A program made the translations under genes and the position numbers. The notes under the pieces are model-generated. The model was given only the letters and a program-made list of their open reading frames with translations. It ran no database searches and was not told the DNA's origin. Of a DNA stretch of 64,000 bases, positions 35,538-45,459 are shown piece after piece (positions within the stretch are counted from its first letter, which is position 1; every line of letters starts with the position of its first letter). Origin of the DNA: an uncultured Clostridia bacterium. Its GTDB lineage: Bacteria > Bacillota > Clostridia > TANB77 > CAG-508. The stretch lies in assembly GCA_934162535.1 (NCBI GenBank), contig CAKPJC010000007.1, forward strand, positions 3,773 through 67,772. The letters run 5' to 3'.

Positions 35538-36758
35538 CTATCTCCTGAATTTTCTTTTCTTCTCTTTTTTTAGATATTCATTAAATTCTCTTAGAACATC
35601 TTCTGTTTTTTCTTGTTGTGTTTTTGGTTTTTCTTCTTTTTCTGACGCTTGTTTTGGCTCTTGTTTTTTTTCTTGTGATATTGATTTGTTGTATTCTTCT
35701 GCAACTGTTGGCATTGCTTTTCTTTCATTTTGGTGTTGTTCAATTCTATTGTTGTTTCCTTTATTGAAGTCTTTTCTAAGTCCCCTGGGCAACTCCATTT
35801 CTTCAAATTTGCCAACTTCTTCTGCTACAGTTTGTTTATTGTTTTCTTCTGCAATTCTCTCATTTTCTCTTTGTGAAATTTCTTCTTTTTTAATGTCTTC
35901 TCTTACTTGTTCTTCTACAATTTTTTCTTCTACCTTTTGGATTTCTTGTTCCATCTTTTTTGATTGCATTTCTGCTTTTTCTATATTTCTTGAAAGTCTA
36001 TTCATTTCTTGCTTCATTGCTTTTTCCATTTCAAGTTCTCTTTTAGGGTTTATTTGTGTACTTTGTGATCTTGAAGAATAATAGTATGTTTCATTATATT
36101 TTTTTGCTGATACAGGTATTTTGTTATATACAACTCCTACTATGTTCCCTCCAACATTTTTTATGTCTTTTACAACTTTTTCTAAATCATCTTTTTTAGT
36201 TTGATTATGTGCTGTTACTATTATTGTTGAGTCAACTATTCTTGATAAAATTACTGCATCTGTTACTAGTTTGCATGGTGTAGCATCAATTATTACAAGG
36301 TCACATTCCCTTTTTAAATCTTCTAGTAAGTTTGCCATTTGTGGTGTTATTAATAGTTCTGATGGATTTGGTGGTATATTTCCTGCAGGCATAACATATA
36401 GATTTGGTACTTCTGTTTCTCTTATAAAGTTTACTATGTTTGTTTCTTCTTGATTATTTTCGTTTACGCCTGAAAGGTAATTTGATAATCCTGGTCTAGG
36501 CAGTACACCAAATATGTTATATACTCTTCCTTTTCTCATATCTGCATCTATTAGTACAACCCTTTTTCCTGCCTGTGCAAATGCAACTGCAAGGTTAGAT
36601 GATATCCAACTTTTTCCTTCCCCTGGTACTGTTGATGTTACAAGTAGTGTTTTTAGCTTTTTGTTTGAGTTCATGAATTGTATATTTGTTCTTAGTGTTC
36701 TAAATGTTTCTGAAACAGGAGATTTAGGGTCTTTATGTGCAATTAATTCTTTTTTCAT
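35538..36758 (-). CDS. CpsD/CapB-family BY tyrosine kinase with a long E/K-rich C-terminal extension
   Basis: LLVTSTVPGEGKSWISSNLAVAFAQAGKRVVLIDADMRKGR (Walker A/A'), a tyrosine cluster NETYYYSS, then about 175 aa of low-complexity E/K/Q sequence. Confidence 0.85.
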   Translation of the reverse strand: MKKELIAHKDPKSPVSETFRTLRTNIQFMNSNKKLKTLLVTSTVPGEGKSWISSNLAVAFAQAGKRVVLIDADMRKGRVYNIFGVLPRPGLSNYLSGVNENNQEETNIVNFIRETEVPNLYVMPAGNIPPNPSELLITPQMANLLEDLKRECDLVIIDATPCKLVTDAVILSRIVDSTIIVTAHNQTKKDDLEKVVKDIKNVGGNIVGVVYNKIPVSAKKYNETYYYSSRSQSTQINPKRELEMEKAMKQEMNRLSRNIEKAEMQSKKMEQEIQKVEEKIVEEQVREDIKKEEISQRENERIAEENNKQTVAEEVGKFEEMELPRGLRKDFNKGNNNRIEQHQNERKAMPTVAEEYNKSISQEKKQEPKQASEKEEKPKTQQEKTEDVLREFNEYLKKEKKRKFRR

Positions 36759-37475
36759 TTATCTTGTCCTCCTTTTTCTTTTGTTATTTGATTTATCATC
36801 TATTGCCCCATATACTGGTATTGATGCAAGTACTGTTAGTCCTTGAATTTTTTCTATGTCTTCTGATGATTTTATTGTTGTGTCTAACATATTTACTAAT
36901 AGTACATACATTGCTGATATTACTAATCCTATAAATGCAAATATTGCAACATCTTTTGGATGGTTTATGTTACATGGTGCTTGTGCTACTTCTGCTACAT
37001 CAACTACACGAACATTATCTATTCCATAATATTCTTTTACATTTTCTATAAATACTTTTGCTATTTCGTTTGTTATTTTTGATGCTAATACAGGATCTTC
37101 ATTTTTTACCTTTATTTCTATTACCTCCGCATCTGATACTGCACTAACTGTTACATTTTTTCTTATTACTTCTTCATCTACGTTTATATCTAGGTTTGAT
37201 ATTACCTCTCTTATTACTTTTTGGCTTTTTACAAGTACACTGTATGTTGATACCAGTTTAGAGTTTAATGTAACATCTGTTGCTGTTATTGATGATTCAG
37301 TGTTTGTTGCAGAGTTTGTTGTTAATAAAAGCCTTGTTGATGATTGATACTTTGGTTTTATAAAGCCCATACTATAAATTACCCCTGCAATTGCAAATAT
37401 TGCTACTATAAGTATTATTTGCATTTTCTTTTCCCAAAATATCTGTAATAATTCTTTTAAATCTAGTTCTTCCAT
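36759..37475 (-). CDS. Wzz/CpsC-type chain-length determinant (BY-kinase transmembrane modulator)
   Basis: 238 aa: MEELDLKELLQIFWEKKMQIILIVAIFAIAGVIYS..., with a second TM near the C-terminus. Directly abuts the kinase gene. Confidence 0.8.
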   Translation of the reverse strand: MEELDLKELLQIFWEKKMQIILIVAIFAIAGVIYSMGFIKPKYQSSTRLLLTTNSATNTESSITATDVTLNSKLVSTYSVLVKSQKVIREVISNLDINVDEEVIRKNVTVSAVSDAEVIEIKVKNEDPVLASKITNEIAKVFIENVKEYYGIDNVRVVDVAEVAQAPCNINHPKDVAIFAFIGLVISAMYVLLVNMLDTTIKSSEDIEKIQGLTVLASIPVYGAIDDKSNNKRKRRTR

Positions 37476-37484
37476 TTTTTCCCC

Positions 37485-38327
37485 CTATTTATCTGTTGTT
37501 TCTTCTTCTTTTTTCTTATTTACACTTATTATAGCATATATAATTATTAGTATTATTGCGATTAGTAGTGCTCCAATTCCTAATGATATTATTTTTGTTA
37601 ATACATCTGTTATTATTGTTACTAGCGTTTTTGAGAATATGTCATTTAGAATTTTTATACCTTCAATATTTACTTTTGACATTATTATAGAACATACTGA
37701 AAGTTTAAATATTGATGATGAAAATAATGCTATTCCTAAGTCTTGTATTATTTTTGATGCTGTTTTTATGTTCATTATTATTAGAAGTATTGCATCTATT
37801 ATTAGTATTATCATAATTACATTATGTATTTTTGTTAATAAGCTTATTACCTTTTGGTATTGTGCATTAATTTGGCTTTCATATTTAGTATGTATTATTG
37901 TTTCTGTGTATTCATCACATATATGCTTTACAAATTGTTCTATTGCTTTTTGGTTTTTACTGTTTTTTATTCCAAGCTTGTCTATGTTTGCATTTAGGTT
38001 TGTTTCTATTTCTGTTGTGTCAATTTTTTCATCTGTTCCATCATATATGTTTGATATTATTGTGTTTATGTCTTTTTGTAGTTTTTCTTCTGTGCATATG
38101 TTTTCTAATACTTCTTCATCAAGTCCTGATTGATATATGTATTTTTCAAAATTTGATTTTACTAGTTCATATGTTTCTTTGTAAAAGTTGGTTTCTTCCA
38201 TTTTTTCTGTAATATATGTTTTGTCTAAAATTGTAGAAGAAACTATTGATATTATTCCTATTGATATTAAGCATATTGTAAGTATTGTGACTAGTATAAA
38301 TTTTATTGTTTTTGTTAATACTTTCAT
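37485..38327 (-). CDS. hypothetical multi-pass membrane protein
   Basis: 280 aa with an N-terminal TM, a ~140-aa extracytoplasmic region and several C-terminal TM helices. No family recognised. Confidence 0.55.
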   Translation of the reverse strand: MKVLTKTIKFILVTILTICLISIGIISIVSSTILDKTYITEKMEETNFYKETYELVKSNFEKYIYQSGLDEEVLENICTEEKLQKDINTIISNIYDGTDEKIDTTEIETNLNANIDKLGIKNSKNQKAIEQFVKHICDEYTETIIHTKYESQINAQYQKVISLLTKIHNVIMIILIIDAILLIIMNIKTASKIIQDLGIALFSSSIFKLSVCSIIMSKVNIEGIKILNDIFSKTLVTIITDVLTKIISLGIGALLIAIILIIIYAIISVNKKKEEETTDK

Positions 38328-38354
38328 TTCTTTTTCCTTTCGTTTTTTATTTTT

Positions 38355-38996
38355 CTACTTTTCTAGTTCTGCATATACTACATATCTTTGTGTTGCATAT
38401 CCTATGTTGTTAAATGGATAACATGTGTATACCATTAATATTTCCTTGTCTTTTTGTATTGGTAACTTGTCTACTTCTGTTTCTTTTATTAGTTTCATAT
38501 CATATATTTTGTATTTGTATTCTCCATATGTTGTTGTTACTTTTATTTCGTTCCCTACTTGTAGCTCCGAAAATCTTCTAAACATTTTTTTTGAGTTGTG
38601 ACCCATATATATTATTGAGCCACCTTCTCCTGGAAAGTAACTTCCACTTGAGTGCCCTACGCCTTTTTTTAATATTTCTAGTGTGTCACCATAATACACT
38701 GGTAGGTTTACTCCTATTTTGTCTATTTCTAGTGTTGCATATTTTGTTCCATATGTTGGGTAGTTTTCTAGTTTTTTGTTTTCTTCAATTATTTTTGTTT
38801 CTTCCTGCTCTTGATTTTCATTGATTGTTAGTGATACTTTGTTTACTAATGAGAATATTTCGCCTATTTCTTGCCCCTTAAATAGGTATATCAATAGTAA
38901 TAGCACACCTGTAATTAATAAAGCAACTATTATGCTATTAATAGTTGCTTTTAATGCTTGTATAAATTTATTTTGCATTTGTTCTCTTTGTTGCAA
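38355..38996 (-). CDS. sortase family transpeptidase
   Basis: N-terminal TM, TLEIDKIGVNLPVYYG, catalytic His region GHSSGSYFPGEGGSIIYMGHN, and catalytic Cys in LMVYTCYPF. Confidence 0.85.
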   Translation of the reverse strand: MQQREQMQNKFIQALKATINSIIVALLITGVLLLLIYLFKGQEIGEIFSLVNKVSLTINENQEQEETKIIEENKKLENYPTYGTKYATLEIDKIGVNLPVYYGDTLEILKKGVGHSSGSYFPGEGGSIIYMGHNSKKMFRRFSELQVGNEIKVTTTYGEYKYKIYDMKLIKETEVDKLPIQKDKEILMVYTCYPFNNIGYATQRYVVYAELEK

Positions 38997-39492
38997 CAGT
39001 TATTGCTAGGGCAATCATTGCTATTGTAGAAACAACTAAAACAACATTTAGATTATTTCCTGTATATGCTAATTTTCCATTATTTTCTGTAACTGTTTCT
39101 ATTAGTTTACCATCTTTGTATATTTCTACAGAAGATGTTTTGAATACTAATGTTACATCTGCTATTTCAGCTGCTGATTTTGCTATTGCTTTTAGCTCAT
39201 CTTTTTGTGCTGTTGTTAGTTTAGAGTAATCTGTTGTTCCAGCTTTTTCCATTACGGCTATTGCTTCATCTGCTTTTGCAACTATTTTGTCTGCATCTGC
39301 GTCTGTAACTGGGTTTTCAGATAAGTATCTTTCGATTTTTACTTTGTCTGCTGCTGTCATTCCATATTTTTCTCCTTTTGCATATAGTTGATTAGCTAAG
39401 TCAGCTGATGTTGTTGCATACACTACTGTTGCGAATGCCATTACTAGCATTACGAATATTAGTGCTATTGCTAATGTTTTGTTTCTTCTCAT
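38968..39492 (-). CDS. cell-wall-sorted surface protein with LAYTG (LAxTG-type) sorting signal
   Basis: Signal peptide MRRNKTLAIALIFVMLVMAFATVVYA. C-terminus ...NNGKLAYTGNNLNVVLVVSTIAMIALAITVATKRTNAK has the motif, a hydrophobic stretch and a basic tail. It overlaps the sortase start by 29 nt. Confidence 0.75.
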   Translation of the reverse strand: MRRNKTLAIALIFVMLVMAFATVVYATTSADLANQLYAKGEKYGMTAADKVKIERYLSENPVTDADADKIVAKADEAIAVMEKAGTTDYSKLTTAQKDELKAIAKSAAEIADVTLVFKTSSVEIYKDGKLIETVTENNGKLAYTGNNLNVVLVVSTIAMIALAITVATKRTNAK

Positions 39493-39612
39493 TTTTCACT
39501 CTTCCTTTCATTTGTTTAATCTTTTTTGATTATACCATTATGTTTTTTTTTATGCAATAGTTTTTTTAGATTTTTTTTTGAAAATTTTTGTTAAAAAATT
39601 ATTTTTTCTCTT

Positions 39613-40767
39613 TCAACTATTTATTTTTTTATAAAGTCCATAAAGAAATGTTTTTTTTATTTTATATTTTAATTTTTCCTTTGTAGTTAGCATATCATTC
39701 ATTGTTTTTTTAAATCCATATTTAGGGTATTCTTCCAAATATATTTCATATTTTTTATTTTTTTTCACAGGTTTATTTAATTGTGCATTCATTTTACATG
39801 CTTCGTCTATGTTTCTCTCTTCATATCGACAATCTTTAAGTATTCGTTTAATAATTTTTAGCCCTTTTTCTGTATTAGCTAATACCACTGATATTCCTTT
39901 CTTTTCGTCATCATAAATTAATGAATTTTTATCTAACCCCCAGAAATCACCCAATGTTATGTCTGCTATTCTGCTTTTGTTTGCAAATCTACATGAATAG
40001 CAATTTTCTCTATAGATGTTTCCCTCTAGAAAATTTTTATAATATGGTATCATATAAGAAGGAGCATCAAATATATTATTATTATTGCCAATTATTTTAA
40101 AATTAAATATATTTTCATTATCAGTTCTAAATACAATTTGTTTAATTTCATCTACTGGAATTTTCAATTCATTTATTTGTTCAAATAAAAGTCTTTGACT
40201 TGGAACACCATGACATATTATATCTGCCGTGAACAAATTATCATATTCTTTCATAAGAAAGCCTTTTAATCCAGCCACTTGGCATGGAGTACCTATAAAC
40301 AGTACCTTTTTATTATTTAGCAAATCTTTTTTTACATTTACATATATACCATTTATATGACAATGAACATATTTTGATCCTTTTACTTTATATAAGTCCT
40401 CTTTATTGTCTATTCTTATAAAATGTAAATTTTTGGTACTGCCAAAAATATTTGAGGCTCCATAAACAATACCATTGTCTTCTAATATTTTTTCATATAA
40501 AATAGATGCAATACCACCAGATGTACTTTGCGCTCTTTTTTTAGTATTTTTTACATACATTGCATAAGCTGTCATTGGCATATTAAAATCAAGTTTTTCC
40601 TTCAACTGTGGACAAACCTTTTTGCATATACCACAATGAATACATTTATTATTATCTATCACTGGATAAATATTTCCATACTCATCTTCATCCATTGTTA
40701 TTGCATTTTTAGGGCAAACACAGTAACAAGCTTCGCATCCAGTACATTTTTCTTTGGTACAAATCAT
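39613..40767 (-). CDS. FrhB/FdhB-like (coenzyme F420 hydrogenase beta-subunit family) protein with N-terminal 2x[4Fe-4S] ferredoxin motif
   Basis: MICTKEKCTGCEACYCVCPKNAI...CIHCGICKKVCPQ. The rest resembles the FrhB-like proteins commonly paired with polysaccharide pyruvyl transferases. Confidence 0.75.
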   Translation of the reverse strand: MICTKEKCTGCEACYCVCPKNAITMDEDEYGNIYPVIDNNKCIHCGICKKVCPQLKEKLDFNMPMTAYAMYVKNTKKRAQSTSGGIASILYEKILEDNGIVYGASNIFGSTKNLHFIRIDNKEDLYKVKGSKYVHCHINGIYVNVKKDLLNNKKVLFIGTPCQVAGLKGFLMKEYDNLFTADIICHGVPSQRLLFEQINELKIPVDEIKQIVFRTDNENIFNFKIIGNNNNIFDAPSYMIPYYKNFLEGNIYRENCYSCRFANKSRIADITLGDFWGLDKNSLIYDDEKKGISVVLANTEKGLKIIKRILKDCRYEERNIDEACKMNAQLNKPVKKNKKYEIYLEEYPKYGFKKTMNDMLTTKEKLKYKIKKTFLYGLYKKINS

Positions 40768-40780
40768 AATTTTGCACTCC

Positions 40781-42187
40781 TTATCTTCTACTTCTTATTT
40801 TTTGAGATATACCTTTTATAAAATCACTCCAAAAATTTCTATTTACGATTAATATAGCTATAAATAATACAATCTCAATAATTATACTATATTTATTTAA
40901 GTAAACACTTGCTGAGCAAATAAGTACTAACACCCAACTCAATATTAAATTTACATCTTTGCAATTGATTTTTACATATTTTCTTGTATCACTAACTCTG
41001 TATAAAAATACAACAATATAACTAATACAGGTTGCTACAGCTGCACCTAAAACTCCTATTCTTGGTATTAATGCAATATTTAAAATCAAATTTATTACTG
41101 CTCCTGTTAATGATGAAAATAAAAATCCCTTACTATCTTTATGAACCGTATATTCGTTTGCTAAGAAAGAGCCTAATGTTAGAATTGCTGATCCAACTAA
41201 CAATGGTGGAACATATTTCCATGCATCATAAAATTTATTTCCTACATATATCTTTAACAAAGGTTTTAAAATTACCAAAATAAGTATTAATACTGTAGTT
41301 ATAAAAATCGAAAGTGCTTTAAATACCTTTGTTGTATATTCATCCTTATCTTTACTATTTTTTTCTTTAACTGCAGAGTACATCCAGGCTTGATTAAAAA
41401 TATTCGTAAATGTTGTTAATATTGATGGTATCTTATAACTAACTGCATATATTCCATTTGCTTCAACATTTATAATAGAAGTGACCATTACTCTATCCAT
41501 TGAATTCATAACCCACCACATTAGAGAATTAGGAATTAGTAATACAGAATATTTAAGCATCTCTTTTAATAATTTTTTATCCAATTTAAAACTTAAACGT
41601 TTTATTATATTGCCTCTAATAAAACATAAAATAATTGTTATAGTATATGACACTATGTATGCTATTATATAGCCTCTTATACCCATCTTAAATTTAGTTA
41701 AAAATATTATATTCAATGTTGCTATTAAAATAGTTTGAATTATATTTATTACTGAATAATCCAATATTTTTTCTATTCCACGCATATAACATAGTAATAT
41801 AGATGAAATGGAAAAAGTAAGTATATATATGGCAAGCAGTAATGAATATGGTGATATGATTTTAAATATATTTAATACTGGAATCATTGCTATTGATATC
41901 AAAGCAGTCATTATTGAAACTAATGTAACAATATTTAATATTTTTTCTCTATCTGCACCCTTATCTAATGAAAATCTTAGAACTGCTTCAGATAAGTTCA
42001 GTGTTATTATTGGTACTAACACTGTAGTTAAAATAGTCATTAAATCAATAGTACCATATTCTGTAGCTGACAAAATATTGGTATACAATGGCACTAAAAA
42101 GAAGTTAATAATTTTAGAGCCAAAATTTCCAATTGAAAAAAATATTGTATTCTTAAGCAAATATTTTTTTCTTGATTCTTTTTTCAC
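40781..42187 (-). CDS. Wzx-type oligosaccharide flippase (MOP superfamily)
   Basis: 468 aa with about 12 or more TM helices. N-terminus KYLLKNTIFFSIGNFGSKIINFFLVPLYTNILSATEYG is typical of polysaccharide-biosynthesis flippases. Confidence 0.8.
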   Translation of the reverse strand: MKKESRKKYLLKNTIFFSIGNFGSKIINFFLVPLYTNILSATEYGTIDLMTILTTVLVPIITLNLSEAVLRFSLDKGADREKILNIVTLVSIMTALISIAMIPVLNIFKIISPYSLLLAIYILTFSISSILLCYMRGIEKILDYSVINIIQTILIATLNIIFLTKFKMGIRGYIIAYIVSYTITIILCFIRGNIIKRLSFKLDKKLLKEMLKYSVLLIPNSLMWWVMNSMDRVMVTSIINVEANGIYAVSYKIPSILTTFTNIFNQAWMYSAVKEKNSKDKDEYTTKVFKALSIFITTVLILILVILKPLLKIYVGNKFYDAWKYVPPLLVGSAILTLGSFLANEYTVHKDSKGFLFSSLTGAVINLILNIALIPRIGVLGAAVATCISYIVVFLYRVSDTRKYVKINCKDVNLILSWVLVLICSASVYLNKYSIIIEIVLFIAILIVNRNFWSDFIKGISQKIRSRR

Positions 42188-42198
42188 TTAAAATCACC

Positions 42199-43269
42199 TC
42201 AAATGTTTTCTTGCAAATAATGTATAGATTTTTCCGTTTCATTTTTTATAATCAAATTTGTTTTTTCATAATTCATTTCTCTACCATATAATGTTTCAAT
42301 ATCCTCCAGTTTAAGTACCATCCTGCCTTCTTGCTCTAAAGTCTTTAATAAATATGATAATTTATTTAAATTGCTCTCTCTAACAATAGTACAAAATTTT
42401 GTATTAACTTTAATTGAAAAAATTGTACCATGGAATGTATCTGTAATTACATAATCAGCATATTTAAAATATGTAAAAACATCAAAAGGTGTTATTGGTA
42501 AATTATAATCTGCTATTTCTTGGTAAAAACCTAAACTTATAATTTTTTTATTATGCTTTCTTGCAAATAATTTTATATATTTTTGTTCTTCTTTAGTAAA
42601 CCTTTTTGGATAAGCGTAAATAATTATATAATTTTCTTTAATTGGTCTTTCGTTCTTTATAAATTTAGAATAATCGGCTATTAGAACTGGGTCAAAATTA
42701 ATATATGACTTTCTATTACACAAATTTTCAACTATTTTGTAACTATTCTCATCTCTAACAGATATTGCATTAAATTTATTTAATAAGTTTCCTATTTCTG
42801 TTTCCTTATTATATTTCTTTAACATTTCAGCAGTTGTATACCCAAAAGAAGCTGCATAAGAAATTATGTTTTTGTTTTCAAATCCCTTTCCAAATAATTC
42901 TAATGAATATCCAACAGGAAAACCTTGCATACAATTGAATACTTCATCACTTCCTATTACAAGAGAATCGATATTTTTATCATAATTATAATCATCATTT
43001 ACTCCAATCTCTTTAAGTGCATTTGTGATTTGTTCTTTAAATTTCTTATTATGCTGTCTTTTTTTTAAAAAATCTATCATATTTAAATTTCTAAGTATTT
43101 TCTTTAGAAATGGCGTCTTCTTTATATCCACTAATGTACCATCATAATGATAATCTATAAAATTAACATCATATCCTATTTTTTTTATAGTACTATATAA
43201 ACCATATGCTTGTAAAAAAGAGCCATAATTAATTATCCTCTGCATACTGATTATTCCCACTTTTTTCAT
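42199..43269 (-). CDS. polysaccharide pyruvyl transferase family protein (copy 1)
   Basis: MKKVGIISMQRIINYGSFLQAYGLYSTIKKIGYDVNFIDY.... Start placed at ATG 43269 after GGAGAAAAAG. Confidence 0.8.
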   Translation of the reverse strand: MKKVGIISMQRIINYGSFLQAYGLYSTIKKIGYDVNFIDYHYDGTLVDIKKTPFLKKILRNLNMIDFLKKRQHNKKFKEQITNALKEIGVNDDYNYDKNIDSLVIGSDEVFNCMQGFPVGYSLELFGKGFENKNIISYAASFGYTTAEMLKKYNKETEIGNLLNKFNAISVRDENSYKIVENLCNRKSYINFDPVLIADYSKFIKNERPIKENYIIIYAYPKRFTKEEQKYIKLFARKHNKKIISLGFYQEIADYNLPITPFDVFTYFKYADYVITDTFHGTIFSIKVNTKFCTIVRESNLNKLSYLLKTLEQEGRMVLKLEDIETLYGREMNYEKTNLIIKNETEKSIHYLQENI

Positions 43270-44464
43270 TATCTTTTTCTCCTTCCATTTCTCCGCAAGC
43301 AATAAATGATAAATATAAATAAAATAATGGATTAATAGTTACTTCTATTATTCCTAAAAATACTAATAAATAAAAGCCCAATATAAAAACTCTTTTTCTA
43401 TCTATTTCATTTATTGATAAACTTTCTAATCTTTTAAATGAATTTTTAACAAATATAATAAAGCTTAATGTGCCCAAAAAGCCAAAATAAAGAATATATT
43501 CTAGCAAGGCATTTTGTGCATTAAATGCAAATAAATCACTTCTAATTTTCATTGTATCTTTAAATAGTTCATAAACATTATTGTAGCCATATCCAAATAT
43601 GATGTGATCTTTTAAATATGCAGGATAATTCTTATAAACAATCAATCTTCCTGATAAGTCAGAACTCTTTCCTAGCATATTTGTTATTAAATTCTCTATT
43701 ATTGGAATAGAAATTATTTTCTCTAATACTAAAACACTAATTGCACTTATAATAAAAATCAATATTGCTGTATTTGATTTTAACAATACAGATGTTTTTT
43801 TGCTTTTTATTTTTTTTAGTTTTGCTAAAATTATAAATATAAAACATATAATTGCTCCAATAACTCCTGTCATACATTTTACATAATCACATGTATATAC
43901 TACAAGTCCAAATAAAATAATTAAAATTATATTAGATATATTTTTATGTTTTCCGTTTCCAAACGCATATTGATAAAATATCATTGAACTTATAGCATTA
44001 TATGACACGGAAAATTTCGTTCCTATAAAATAATTTAATCCATTTTTCCAAGCAAAAAGTGGATGTGTCATTTGATAACTTATTGTTACAAATGTCATAA
44101 TTATAGATAGAAAAAATAATATTTTAGAACTATTTACATCCTTTTTTATTTCTGTGACATACTGTACCAATAATGTAATATCAATTATTTTCAAAATGTA
44201 TAATAGAGTACCATCAACGTTTTTCATATTTACAATTGAAGATACTACTGAAAATATACCAAAAATAAATAATGAAAAGTTAATTTTTCTATACTTATAA
44301 TTTTTTGTTACTGCCCCTTTTAGGAATAAAAATATAAACAGCAGAATATCAATAATTAATGCATATTTGTTTATATTTGGTACATAGCTTAATCTAATTA
44401 TACAAAAAAAGTAAGCTAATATAACTGCAATAGGATAGAAACTTATTTTTAAATTTTTTTTCAT
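43229..44464 (-). CDS. O-antigen/capsule repeat-unit polymerase (Wzy-like, O-antigen ligase family membrane protein)
   Basis: 411 aa with about 10 TM helices and a large loop. It sits between a glycosyltransferase and a flippase. Confidence 0.65.
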   Translation of the reverse strand: MKKNLKISFYPIAVILAYFFCIIRLSYVPNINKYALIIDILLFIFLFLKGAVTKNYKYRKINFSLFIFGIFSVVSSIVNMKNVDGTLLYILKIIDITLLVQYVTEIKKDVNSSKILFFLSIIMTFVTISYQMTHPLFAWKNGLNYFIGTKFSVSYNAISSMIFYQYAFGNGKHKNISNIILIILFGLVVYTCDYVKCMTGVIGAIICFIFIILAKLKKIKSKKTSVLLKSNTAILIFIISAISVLVLEKIISIPIIENLITNMLGKSSDLSGRLIVYKNYPAYLKDHIIFGYGYNNVYELFKDTMKIRSDLFAFNAQNALLEYILYFGFLGTLSFIIFVKNSFKRLESLSINEIDRKRVFILGFYLLVFLGIIEVTINPLFYLYLSFIACGEMEGEKDNEKSGNNQYAEDN

Positions 44465-45429
44465 TTGTTCTTTCTCACCTTTCTAAACTTTATCCTTAGC
44501 CATAAATCATACACATTATTAAAATATGTAAAAATTATATACTGAATCTTTCTAGCAGTTGGTAAATATTTATTATTTAAAACAGACTTTTTATACTTTT
44601 TCATATGTTTTAATAATTCTTTTTTTTCGGTTTTTATATTTCTTATATATTTCATATGATATAACGTAATATTAGCAAAAACATATCCAGTAATTCCTGC
44701 AAATTCGATATCTTTATAATATTTACTCAAGTATTTCATTTCTTCTTCAGCCGCATATAAATAATCCATGTTAAGATTTGAATTTCTTACAATACTATTA
44801 GGTCTTTGATAATAATGATAAAATGCTTCTGGAATAAGAATTATCTGTTTTGTGTTTTCGAATAATTTATACATTATATAATAATCTTCACATAATTTAC
44901 CTACAGGAAATTCTATATTATTAAAAATTTCTCTGCAAAACATTTTATTGCATGCACTTACATCTATACCTCTAAATGAATTTAGATATATAATTGCTAA
45001 TTTAGATGAAATTATTCTTTTCTCAGATGGCACTCTTATTTTTGGTTTTTCGCCTTCTTGATCTATGGAAATTCCATATACAGCAATTTGTGCATTATTT
45101 TCAATTATTTCTTTATATGAATAACTTATTGTATTCTCCTCAATCCAGTCATCACTATCAACGAAAATCAAATATTTTCCACTTGATTTTTTTATTCCAT
45201 AATTTCTGGCATCAGAAAGACCTCCATTTTTTTTATGAATAACTTTTACTTTATTTGGATATTTATTAGAATACTCATCACATATGTTTCCAGAATTATC
45301 TGTTGAACCATCATCAACTAGTATAATTTCAATATTAGTATAGTCCTGCTTTAAAACACTATCTACACATTTCTTTAGATATCTTTCAACATTATAAACG
45401 GGTATAATAACACTTATAAGATCATTCAT
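44461..45429 (-). CDS. family-2 glycosyltransferase
   Basis: LISVIIPVYNVERYLKKCVDSVLKQDYTNIEIILVDDGSTDNSGNICDEY...IFVDSDDW. Confidence 0.9.
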   Translation of the reverse strand: MNDLISVIIPVYNVERYLKKCVDSVLKQDYTNIEIILVDDGSTDNSGNICDEYSNKYPNKVKVIHKKNGGLSDARNYGIKKSSGKYLIFVDSDDWIEENTISYSYKEIIENNAQIAVYGISIDQEGEKPKIRVPSEKRIISSKLAIIYLNSFRGIDVSACNKMFCREIFNNIEFPVGKLCEDYYIMYKLFENTKQIILIPEAFYHYYQRPNSIVRNSNLNMDYLYAAEEEMKYLSKYYKDIEFAGITGYVFANITLYHMKYIRNIKTEKKELLKHMKKYKKSVLNNKYLPTARKIQYIIFTYFNNVYDLWLRIKFRKVRKNK

Positions 45430-45459
45430 TTTTATAATACATTCCTTCCTGCATAGTAT

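Noticed and set aside
35591-35815. 74-aa alternate-frame ORF inside the BY-kinase tail
   Set aside because: The lysine-rich reading of an A-rich low-complexity region, in the same orientation but out of frame with a well-supported gene.
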